From Bacteroidales bacterium (lineage in GTDB: Bacteria > Bacteroidota > Bacteroidia > Bacteroidales > FEN-979): a stretch of DNA of 64,000 nucleotides. The notes below the pieces were generated by a model. The model saw nothing but the letters and a program-made list of their open reading frames with translations. It had not been told where the DNA came from and did not search any database. Below are positions 17,336 through 26,400 of this stretch, piece after piece. Position 1 is the first letter of the stretch. Each line of letters opens with the position of its first letter. Both the position numbers and the translations under genes were made by a program. Where the stretch lies: the NCBI GenBank assembly GCA_038212325.1, contig JBBQUQ010000004.1, forward strand, positions 154 to 64,153. The letters are read 5' to 3'.

Positions 17336-20300
17336 TTCTTCAAAGCGCATGGTTACTGCATCGCATCCATGGTAATAATGACGTTTGTTATTGTCTTCTT
17401 TGGTCGGACGCATGAGCAGTTTGCCATGCTCTTTTTTAGCAGGCAGCAGGGCGATGATTTCCACGAAAATATCGCAGGGTCTATCAGGGGTAATGATTCC
17501 CAGTTCCTTGAGAATTCCTGCGATTTGTTCCAAAGATGACCTCTGGGGGCGGGGATTCATGACTTTTTCGAATTCCTGGATAACTTTCTGCGCATTTGTG
17601 AAGGTCCCTCCTGTTTCCCATGGGAATGAAGCCGGCAGCAACAGATCGGCAGCTTTGGCTGTGTCCGTTAAAAAGTAATCCTGCACCACCTTGAAGGAAG
17701 CACAGGCCAATATTTTTTCGATGGCCTTGCGGTCAATGGCGCAACCCACCGGATCCTCCCCGAAAATAAACAGGTTGCTGACCACCCCTTCGTTGAGCAT
17801 CCCATGCAGGCAGTCGGTTTCTGCCGTGGCCAATTCAGCCACTCCCCATTTTTCCTTCAGGGCCTTCATATAATCCTGGTCGGCAAGTTCCTGCCCTCCA
17901 ATGCCCAGATGCGGGCTTACGCCCATGTCGAACAGCCCCTGCGAATTATTCTTCTCCTTCAAGGCAATCAGTCCATTGGCTGTTTTACCCAACTTGCCTG
18001 TGATCCGGGCAAGGTTGAACAGCTCCTTTGAGGTATTCCCTGATACTTCCTTCTCAGAGAAGATGAGGATGGCATTCATTTCATTGTTATAGGCTTCGGC
18101 GAAGGCTGCAATTTCATCAGATGATATCCCTGTCGATTTGACCAGCGTGTTGAAATCCTCTTTCAGAAGCATGGCTTTATACCCTTCAAAACCCTCAACC
18201 CGGTCGCGCAGGAAGAGCGCATTCTCCAGTCCTTTCGAGAGCAGGTAATGGTTTACAGCCTTGACAAAATGGTAGTAGGATTTCACGACGGTTTGACGGC
18301 TCACCTTGTGCGCCATAGAGTTGACGGCCTTTTCAGTTACCATGATGACCGGCGTTTTATTGAGGTAATGAGCATTCTGAACCATAAATCCGACTACCGC
18401 ATGATCCTTATTCAATTCAGTTCCGAGAAGATAAATCGCACTTGCATCGCCAATTTCAGCAAAAGGGGCATTGAGTTCGCAATTAGTGCGGTACCCCTCT
18501 CCCCTTCCAAGGTAATGGAAACTGCCGACATTGTTGGTCTTTGCGCCGGCACGCGCCAGTTTATGAACCAGGTAGAGTTCTTCATTCGACAGCCTTGCGC
18601 CCCCAAAGAAGGCATTTTCACCCGGGCCGACCGACCTGATTTTTTCGCTGATAAGCATATAAGCCTTCTCAAAGGAAATCTCTTCAAACTTCCCGCCGAC
18701 CTTCAGCATCGGTTTTGTGATGCGGCTGATATCATTGAGGTACCCGTATCCAAATTTCGGGTATTTGCAGATATTTCCATCGCGGTTGATGAGCCCGTTT
18801 TTACCGGTCACTCCCAGCACAAAACCATTTTTGTGGTGCAGGTCAATGGTACATCCCACCGAGCAGTAGTTGCAAATGGAATCAACGGCATGGGACTGCA
18901 CCGGGCCCGGCTTGAACAATACATTCTCGGTGATGGCGCCCGTGGGGCAAGTTGAGATGCACATTCCGCACGATTCGCAATTCGTATCCTGTAGCGCTTC
19001 GCCCATGCCGGGAGACACGTATGTGTGAAACCCGCGATTGATCAGCCCGAGCGCATTGGCTCCGACCACTTCGCGGCAAATGCGCACGCAACGCGCGCAC
19101 AGGATGCACTTATTGTTGTCGATCTCAATATATGGATGGCGAAAATCGACCTGGTATTCCCGAAATTCACCCTCGAAGGATGTTTGCCGGGCATTGTAAT
19201 CACTTGAATATTTCTGCAGATCGCAATCGAAGAAAGCAACACATCCGCATTCCAAACAACGTTGGGCTTCATGGTGAGCAACTTCAGCGCCTTCATAGCC
19301 CAATTCAACCTCGTTGAAATTAAACCGGTCACCTGCAGGCAGGGTAGGCATTTCCTCGCGAACCTGTGTCTCAAATCCTCCGAGGTAGGACTCCTTCTCC
19401 TGCTTTTTGAAATTGTCGCGCCTGCTTGTAAAGGGTTTTTTGAGCGGCTGAACGGGCAACCCCGACAAAAACTGGTGTGCGCTGGTGGAAGCAATTCTTG
19501 CCTGCGCAATGGCTTCGATAATGGTGGCGGGGCCAGTAACCCCGTCGCCGGCGGCAAACATCGAAGGAATCCCTGTTTGCAGGGTTGCCTTATCGGCATC
19601 GATATCTCCCCATTTATTGATCTTCAACTCACCATTTACAGCGTTGGCATTGATGTCGTCGATGAAATCAACGTCGGTTTTCTGGCCGATGGCTGCCAGG
19701 ATGTAGTCGACTTCCAGTTCGAAATCGGAACCCTCCACCGGAACAGGGCGGCGGCGTCCGGATGCATCGGGCTCACCAAGTTCCATTTTAATGCAGGTGA
19801 CAGATGCGACCTCCCCGCTGGCATTTTTGTTAATCTTTTTAGGCAGGGTGAGAAACAGGTATTCCACCCCTTCGAGCTTCGATTCATGGATCTCTATCGG
19901 GTTTGCCGGCATCTCTTTTTCGGTGCGGCGGTAGATTACATAAACTTTGTCGGCTTTGCAGCGGATTGAAGTGCGGCAGCAGTCCATGGCAGTGTTTCCG
20001 CCACCGACCACTGCGATGGTTTTACCCCGGAAATCATACCGCTGACCGGTTATCTCCATGTTTTTCAGGAAATCGATCCCTGAGAAAACATTGCCGGCTT
20101 CGTCGCCTTCACAGCCGACTCCTGTCCCTTTTTGCGAACCAATGGTGAGAACGGTTGCATCATACCTGGATACGAGATCCTTGTAGCTGATATTTTCGCC
20201 CAGCCGCTTGTTATAAAAAATATTGACGCCCAGATCGGTAATATTCTTCACCTCCTGGTCGAGGATATCATTGGGGAGGCGATATTCGGGTATGCCATAT

Positions 20301-21010
20301 CGCAGCCAGCCGCCCGATTTAGGCGCTGCTTCAAAAATATCAACCTGGTGTCCCTCTATCTGCATGAAATGGCCCACCGACAAACCTCCGGGTCCTGCCC
20401 CGATCACGGCAACCTTTTTACCGGTTGACGGCTTCACGTCCGGAATATATTTATCCGGTGAGGCAAGGTCGTAGTCGGAGGCGAAGCGCTTCAGGTAATC
20501 AATGCCCACTGGGGAGCCTTCGTCGAGCAGATTGCGCCGGCATTCTGATTCACAAGGTCTCACGCAAACGCGGCCGCAGATGGCTGGCAAGGGGTTTGTA
20601 TCCTTGATCAGGGCAACCGCTTCGCTATACTGCCCCTTGTCGATCAGAGAAATATATCCCTGTACATCAACACCTGCGGGGCATGTTTGCCTGCAAGGGC
20701 CGATGCAGTCGGCGTAATGGTTGCTCAGCATCAGTTCCAGCGCTATCTTCCGCGATTTATGTATCTCTTCATTGTCGGTTATGATCTTCATTCCCTCCGT
20801 TAGCCTTGTGGAACAGGAGGGCTGGTGGCCGCGCATACCTTCCACCTCTACCACGCAAACATAGCAGGAGGTAAATGGTTCGAGGCGGTCGTCGTTGCAT
20901 AAGGTTGGGATTTTAACCCCATGGCGGGTTGCCAGGGTCAGAATTGTTTCGCCGGGAAAGCCTTTAACAATGTTGCCGTTGAGTATGATGTTTAATGAAT
21001 TGTCAGCCAT
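17315..21010 (-). CDS. Fusion subunit: [2Fe-2S] ferredoxin, GltD/NfnB-type NADPH-FAD module, NuoG-type [4Fe-4S] clusters, and a degenerate molybdopterin-oxidoreductase-like domain (BfuA/StnC-like)
   Basis: The start MADNSLNIILNG is at 21010; upstream codons of the track ORF are repeat-encoded. The NuoG-like N-terminus contains LCNDDRLEPFTSCYVCVVEV. GltD motifs are CRQTCPAG, KKVAVIGAGPGGLS and IAVVGGGNTAMDC. CILCARCVRIC and CESCGMCISTCP are [4Fe-4S] motifs. CNYCSVGCTIDLHH is the Mo-enzyme-type Fe4S4 motif. Confidence 0.8.
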   Translation of the reverse strand: MADNSLNIILNGNIVKGFPGETILTLATRHGVKIPTLCNDDRLEPFTSCYVCVVEVEGMRGHQPSCSTRLTEGMKIITDNEEIHKSRKIALELMLSNHYADCIGPCRQTCPAGVDVQGYISLIDKGQYSEAVALIKDTNPLPAICGRVCVRPCESECRRNLLDEGSPVGIDYLKRFASDYDLASPDKYIPDVKPSTGKKVAVIGAGPGGLSVGHFMQIEGHQVDIFEAAPKSGGWLRYGIPEYRLPNDILDQEVKNITDLGVNIFYNKRLGENISYKDLVSRYDATVLTIGSQKGTGVGCEGDEAGNVFSGIDFLKNMEITGQRYDFRGKTIAVVGGGNTAMDCCRTSIRCKADKVYVIYRRTEKEMPANPIEIHESKLEGVEYLFLTLPKKINKNASGEVASVTCIKMELGEPDASGRRRPVPVEGSDFELEVDYILAAIGQKTDVDFIDDINANAVNGELKINKWGDIDADKATLQTGIPSMFAAGDGVTGPATIIEAIAQARIASTSAHQFLSGLPVQPLKKPFTSRRDNFKKQEKESYLGGFETQVREEMPTLPAGDRFNFNEVELGYEGAEVAHHEAQRCLECGCVAFFDCDLQKYSSDYNARQTSFEGEFREYQVDFRHPYIEIDNNKCILCARCVRICREVVGANALGLINRGFHTYVSPGMGEALQDTNCESCGMCISTCPTGAITENVLFKPGPVQSHAVDSICNYCSVGCTIDLHHKNGFVLGVTGKNGLINRDGNICKYPKFGYGYLNDISRITKPMLKVGGKFEEISFEKAYMLISEKIRSVGPGENAFFGGARLSNEELYLVHKLARAGAKTNNVGSFHYLGRGEGYRTNCELNAPFAEIGDASAIYLLGTELNKDHAVVGFMVQNAHYLNKTPVIMVTEKAVNSMAHKVSRQTVVKSYYHFVKAVNHYLLSKGLENALFLRDRVEGFEGYKAMLLKEDFNTLVKSTGISSDEIAAFAEAYNNEMNAILIFSEKEVSGNTSKELFNLARITGKLGKTANGLIALKEKNNSQGLFDMGVSPHLGIGGQELADQDYMKALKEKWGVAELATAETDCLHGMLNEGVVSNLFIFGEDPVGCAIDRKAIEKILACASFKVVQDYFLTDTAKAADLLLPASFPWETGGTFTNAQKVIQEFEKVMNPRPQRSSLEQIAGILKELGIITPDRPCDIFVEIIALLPAKKEHGKLLMRPTKEDNNKRHYYHGCDAVTMRFEEELTRNL

Positions 21011-21017
21011 TTGATAG

Positions 21018-21120
21018 AAATTGTGAGATGGTGAAATTGTGAGATGGTGAAATAGTGAAATTGTGAGATGGTGAAATTGTGAGATGGTGAAATAGTGAAA
21101 TGGTGAAATAGTGGTGAAAA
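21018..21120. repeat. Tandem 8-nt word array (AAATGGTG family), 12 units with a 40-nt higher-order repeat x2
   Basis: The block (aaattgtg agatggtg aaattgtg agatggtg aaatagtg) occurs twice, at 21018-21057 and 21058-21097, then aaatggtg aaatagtg gtgaaaa. The array fills the 110-nt intercistronic spacer. Confidence 0.95.
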
Positions 21121-22896
21121 TTAAGATAGAAGTATGGATTCGAATTTGCATTTTGAAAAGCAGACCCCGCATTTGGTGCAGATCTCCTGGTTGATGAAGT
21201 GTGTTTGCTTCCGCTCGCCGGTAATTGCTTTCACAGGGCAGTTCTTAAGGCACACCATGCAACCTGTGCATTTTTCCTCATCCACCTTATAGGTCAGCAG
21301 CGGTCGGCACACTTTGGCCGGGCACTTTTTGTGGTTGATATGGGCTTCATATTCATCCCTGAAATATTTGATGGTGGTGAGAACCGGGTTCGGTGCTGTT
21401 TGTCCCAGCCCGCACAGCGAGTTATCCTTGATCTGGTATGCAAGTTCTTCCAGTTTTTCAAGGTCTCCCTCCCTGCCATGCCCATAGGTAATGCGATCGA
21501 GGATTTCAAGCATGCGCTTGGTCCCCATGCGGCAGAAGGTGCATTTGCCGCAGCTCTCCTTGCAGGTAAAATCGAGGAAGAACTTGGCCACATCGACCAT
21601 GCAGGTGGTTTCGTCCATCACAACCATCCCGCCCGAGCCCATGATGGCGCCGGTGGCATTGACCGAATCATAATCGACGATGGTGTCGGACAGGTACTCG
21701 GGGATACAACCTCCTGAGGGACCGCCCATCTGAACTGCCTTGAACTTTTTGTTGTTTTTGATGCCGCCGCCCAGCTTAAAAATGACATCGCGGATGGTCA
21801 TCCCCATCGGGACCTCGACCAGCCCTGAGTGGCACACTTTGCCGGCCAGTGCAAATACCTTGGTCCCCTTGCTCTTCTCTGTGCCATACTGGGCATATGC
21901 CTCGGCGCCGTTGATGATGATCCAGGGGATGTTGGCAAACGTTTCGACATTGTTGATGTTCGTCGGCTTCTTCCACAGTCCCGAAACGGCTGGGAATGGC
22001 GGGCGTTTGCGCGGCATTCCGCGTTCTCCTTCGATAGAGGCTATGAGTGCTGTTTCTTCTCCGCATACAAAAGCCCCGGCTCCCTCCTTGATGTAGATAT
22101 CGAGGTTAAACCCTTCGATCCCGAATATATTCTTCCCCAGGTATCCTTTCTCATGTGCCTGCTTGATGGCGATGTTCAACCGTTTGATGGCCAGAGGGTA
22201 TTCGGCGCGGCAGTAAATCACCCCGCCGGTAGCTTCGATGGCATAGGCCGCAATGATCATTCCTTCGAGCACCGAATGCGGGTCGCCTTCAAGAACCGAC
22301 CGGTCCATAAATGCACCGGGGTCGCCTTCATCGGCGTTGCAGATCACATATTTATCGGCCGATTTGTTGGCATTCGCAAACTTCCATTTCATGCCGGTCG
22401 GAAACCCTCCGCCACCGCGGCCGCGCAATCCCGATTTGAGAATCGTGTCGATCACCGCTTCGCGGCTGGTTTTTGCTTCAGCTATCATTTTAATGGCTTT
22501 GTAGCCATCCCGGGTTTCATATTCATCAATGGATTCGGGGTCCATATACCCGCAGTTCCGCAGCACGATTTTCACCTGCGCCCCGATAAAATCATTTTCC
22601 GGGGCATCAAACAAATCGGTGCACACGATGTAATCGCGGATGGGGTCCTGCTGGTTGATATGCTTTTCGATGACTTCGACGGCGCGGTCGGCGTCGACTT
22701 CACCATACAAGTAAGTCCCTGTTTCATCGGTGATCTCAACCAGGGGCTCGCGGTAGCACATGCCGACGCAACTGGTTTTCTTGAGTATGAAATCGAGCTT
22801 ATCCGATTCTTTCAGTGCTTTTATCTTATCATAGGTCTTGTTTGCACCCGCTGCGATGCCGCAGCTTCCAAGTCCGACGGTGACGATTGTAGGCAT
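21121..22896 (-). CDS. NuoF-like NADH/FMN subunit with extra N-terminal [2Fe-2S] and C-terminal 2x[4Fe-4S] domains (HydB/BfuB-type)
   Basis: GRGGGGFPTGMKW is the FMN site and ESCGKCTFCR is the N3 cluster. The N-terminus (GSCGIAAG...CVGMCYREP) is thioredoxin-like. The C-terminus has CTGCMVCLKNCP and CTKCGVCFSKC. Confidence 0.9.
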   Translation of the reverse strand: MPTIVTVGLGSCGIAAGANKTYDKIKALKESDKLDFILKKTSCVGMCYREPLVEITDETGTYLYGEVDADRAVEVIEKHINQQDPIRDYIVCTDLFDAPENDFIGAQVKIVLRNCGYMDPESIDEYETRDGYKAIKMIAEAKTSREAVIDTILKSGLRGRGGGGFPTGMKWKFANANKSADKYVICNADEGDPGAFMDRSVLEGDPHSVLEGMIIAAYAIEATGGVIYCRAEYPLAIKRLNIAIKQAHEKGYLGKNIFGIEGFNLDIYIKEGAGAFVCGEETALIASIEGERGMPRKRPPFPAVSGLWKKPTNINNVETFANIPWIIINGAEAYAQYGTEKSKGTKVFALAGKVCHSGLVEVPMGMTIRDVIFKLGGGIKNNKKFKAVQMGGPSGGCIPEYLSDTIVDYDSVNATGAIMGSGGMVVMDETTCMVDVAKFFLDFTCKESCGKCTFCRMGTKRMLEILDRITYGHGREGDLEKLEELAYQIKDNSLCGLGQTAPNPVLTTIKYFRDEYEAHINHKKCPAKVCRPLLTYKVDEEKCTGCMVCLKNCPVKAITGERKQTHFINQEICTKCGVCFSKCKFESILLS

Positions 22897-22903
22897 ATTA
22901 TCT

Positions 22904-22925
22904 GTTTACGAGTTAAGAGTTACGA
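22904..22925. repeat. Short tandem GTTACGA-like word array (3 units)
   Basis: gtttacga gttaaga gttacga, in the 34-nt spacer between the NuoE-like stop and the NuoF-like start. Confidence 0.7.
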
Positions 22926-22930
22926 TTTTA

Positions 22931-23449
22931 TTAATTTTTTTCAGCCAGCCGGATGTTTTTAATGATTTTCACAGCCTCGTTGCCTGTGAGTTTACCGTAG
23001 GTCTGGTCGCCGATCATCATCACCGGGGCCAGGGAGCAGCATCCCAGGCAGGCGACCGACTCGAGGGTAAAGAACCGGTCTTCGGTGGTTTCCCCGTCTT
23101 TCACCTTCAGTGCCTCTTCGATCGATTCGGTGATCTCCACTGCGTTCTGCACATGGCAGGCGGTGCCGTGGCATACTTTGATGATGTTCTTGCCAACCGG
23201 GCTGAGGCGGAACTGAGCGTAAAAAGTGGCTACGCCAAACATGTCGCTTAACGGAATGCCCGTTTCCCTCGACAGCTTATCAAATGCAGCTTTTGAGATG
23301 TAGCCATATAATTCCTGTGCTCCCTGCAAAAGAGGTATCATGTTTCCTTTTTTGCCTTTGTGCCTGGCAATAATCGGATCGAGGAGGCTGAGATCCAGCA
23401 AATCCCCGTTGATTTCTGGTTTGTTCGTTTTGATTCGTGCAATCCGCAT
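22931..23449 (-). CDS. NuoE-like thioredoxin-fold [2Fe-2S] subunit (HydC/BfuC-type)
   Basis: Cluster ligand motifs CHGTACHV and CLGCCSLAPVMMI. The family pattern IPLLQGAQELYGYIS is also present. Confidence 0.9.
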   Translation of the reverse strand: MRIARIKTNKPEINGDLLDLSLLDPIIARHKGKKGNMIPLLQGAQELYGYISKAAFDKLSRETGIPLSDMFGVATFYAQFRLSPVGKNIIKVCHGTACHVQNAVEITESIEEALKVKDGETTEDRFFTLESVACLGCCSLAPVMMIGDQTYGKLTGNEAVKIIKNIRLAEKN

Positions 23450-23474
23450 ATATTCTTATTTTAAATGGTAAATT

Positions 23475-26400
23475 TTACTGCAATGGCTGCCAGGTTACGA
23501 CCGATATTCTTTTTTTTCCATCCATTCGCACAACCAGGGGCTTGTCGAACTTCACGATTGAAAAATAATTGGTCTTCCTGATATTTTGCTGCTGTTTCAG
23601 TACTTCATATCGGATGAAGCTGTCGGACAATTCGGGCTGAACGCAGAAATAGCCCACATTCATGGAGGTGACATTGTGGAAAAAATGGGATCCGGAGGAT
23701 GCATCCAGCGGAAAACCTTCAAGGCTGGTTTCAACGATCACCTTGGCATTGCTGATCTGGGGCCAAACAACAGGGATTCCGATCCAGCGGTCGCGGGTGC
23801 CCCAGCGTCCGGGGCCAATCAGGATATACTTCTTCCCGGCCTTGCCCATCTCTGAATTAATCTTGTCGATCTCTTCGGCCATTTCGACTGTTTTGCTTTT
23901 ATCGAAGGTGTCGGGGTCAACAAAAACTACCTCGTCGATCGAATCAATCATCCCATTACCCATCTCCTTTTCCGAATAGAGGAGGATGTCATCTTTCGGG
24001 ATAGTATCCATTTCAATAACGAAATCGGCCACGTTTCCGATCAGCGGCTTGATTTGGAGGAGGTAAAATGATGCCTTGTAATTATCGTCCTTGTTCAGGT
24101 CGATGGCAAATTCTATTTCTACCGGGGAGCCGAGTGCCTCTTTCACCACATCGAGCACCACCTCGATGGTTTTGGCCATGGGGATGTAGTTGTATTTCAG
24201 GATGTCGGCGAAGTTGACGACCCTTGGCCCGTTGTCACGCAACCCTGCCGAAATACGCTCATTTTCAAGTGAATATACTGATGCCAGGTGCTTCAATGTG
24301 CCATGCATTTCTGCATCGTAAATGTCGAGTTTTCGCAGTCCGGCATCTTCTCCTTCCAGCAGGTTTACATCCTTTTTTTTTAGGTCGACGGCATAAAAAT
24401 AGACCTGCGACCCTTTGTACTGGTCTTTGGCTGAATTGATTTCGAGGGTCGGATACATCGGGGCAAAGCGAAAAGCCTTCTCCCCTTCCACAACATAGCG
24501 CCCAAGCCCCAGCGCCGCCACCGCAAAACCCTCTTCAGGTTTCATGTGGGCAAAGGGATAGTAGTTGAAGGATTGCGCAACGCCGCTGATGTGGGGATAA
24601 AAGACATCCTCGTATTGGTGGCCCACCACCTCCTGGACCACAACAGCCATTTTCTCCTGTTCGATGCGGTAGTTAACGGCTTCGATATATCCTTTTGCAA
24701 CGGGCGAATAGACCGAAGCATAAACCAGTTTGATGGCATCCATCAATTGATCGAGCCTGATCCTTGGATCGGGATGGTTGTTCGGGATCAGGTACGTCTC
24801 AAAAATGCCGGCAAACGGCTGATTTTGTGAATCTTCAAATAGTCCCGACGATCGGATGGCGAGTGGCTTGGTGATATTCTTGATGATGAGCTTCAGTTTA
24901 CGGATCAGGGTTTCGGTGAGCTTGCCTTCGATAAACCAGCGTTTGATGAGATCGTAATCGGATTCAAAGACCGCCTTCTCCCGCAACTTGTTCCGGTCGA
25001 GGAAGTACTCAAACTCATCGGTGCCGATGATGGACGTTTTCGGTGTACGGATGTTGATATTGGGCACATGCTGTGCAAAATCATAATTATAAATCAGGGT
25101 GTTGACAAATGCAAGTCCTCTGCCTTTTCCGCCCAGGGCGCCTTCGGTAAGCGCAAGAATGTTATGTTCATCCGCGATGGCCGATTCCTCAAAGGGGATG
25201 ACCTTCCCGATATTTTGTTCATTCCTGAAGTTCTGAATCACATTGAACAGGTATTCGCGAAGTGATGCGGGGTCTCTGAAGTCGGTGACTTTGGCAGGAT
25301 TAAGTATCTTGGCCACCTGGATTTCTCCGCGGGCCATAAGCCAGAGGGAGAAATGGTCCTTACGGGCATGATAGAGCAACGACTCTTCGGGGATGGTCTT
25401 CAACAGGTCTTCAAACTCCTTAAGCGATTTGGCGACCGCAATCTGCCCGCCTTCCTTGTCGCGGTATATAAAATTCCCGAATCCCAGGTAGTGGGTGATG
25501 AAGCTCCTGAAATCGACCAGTAGGGTTTCAGAATTCTTATTGATAAAAGAGGCCTTGAGTTCATAGGCTTTCTCCACATTGTGCTCATCCGACGACTGGA
25601 GCACGATGGGCAGGTCGGGGAGTTCTTTCCTTGTTTGCCTGACCAGGCTGAAACCGGCAGAATCGTTCAGCTTGCCATCCTTTTTGAACTTTACATCAGA
25701 GATCAGGCAGAGTATGTTATCCCTGTATTTATTGAAAATAAAGATCGCCTCCTCAAAAGTTGACGCCAGCAGGATCTTTGGGCGTGCCTTCAGGCGCAGA
25801 ATGCGGTAAAGCTCGTCGGTGGTCACATCCTCGATGATGTTTTTTGTCTGTTCAAGCACGATGTTGTAGAGCATCGGCATGTAAAGCGAATAATATTTCG
25901 ATGAATCTTCCACCAGCAGGATTACCCTCACCATCCCGATCGTGGTATCATTCTCCACATTGATCTTATCTTCAAGGTAATTGATCATGGCGAAGAAAAT
26001 TTTCGAGTCGCCGTTCCATACAAAGATGCGATCGATCCAGGTCAGTTTTTCGGGCTCCTCCTCGTAAACAGCAATATCTGAGTTGCTGTTAAGCAACAGG
26101 AATACCGGAATATACTGATATTGATCCTTTACTGTTTTACTGAGGTCCAGCGGAAATTGCTTATCGGTGCCGATCATGATGATGATCAGGTCGTAATGTT
26201 TGGCATTGAGCTGCTCCATCACCTCCGCGGAGGTAGATACCCCGGTGATGCGCGGCATGGTACTCAGGCTGAGTGAATAGAACTCGCCCAGCACATGTTC
26301 TGAAAACCGGCCCTCCTTCTCGATGCTGTAGGCATCGTACAAATTGGCCACCAGCAGGATTTCCTTGACTTTAAAAGGCATCAGGTCGTGGTAAAGGTCG

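Noticed and set aside
17315-21010. Calling the large subunit a formate dehydrogenase or an [FeFe]-hydrogenase.
   Set aside because: No H-cluster domain is present. At the position where FdhF-type enzymes carry Cys/Sec-His after TNNVD, this protein reads TNNVGSFHYLGRG. The Mo-like domain is also short. This is a judgement by eye and needs a proper alignment.
21018-21120. Possible CRISPR array or minisatellite-encoded peptide at the tandem repeats; the same question applies to 45191-45262 and 36389-36420.
   Set aside because: The period is 8 nt with no unique spacers and no cas genes. The units are far shorter than CRISPR repeats. The open frames across them are a by-product of the 24-nt periodicity.
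21011-21172. N-terminal extension of the fusion subunit in the ORF track (start at 21172, sequence ...FTTISPFHYFTISQFHHLTIS...).
   Set aside because: The extension is a translation of the 8-nt repeat and overlaps the NuoF-like gene. MADNSLNIILNG at 21010 is a normal NuoG-type N-terminus.
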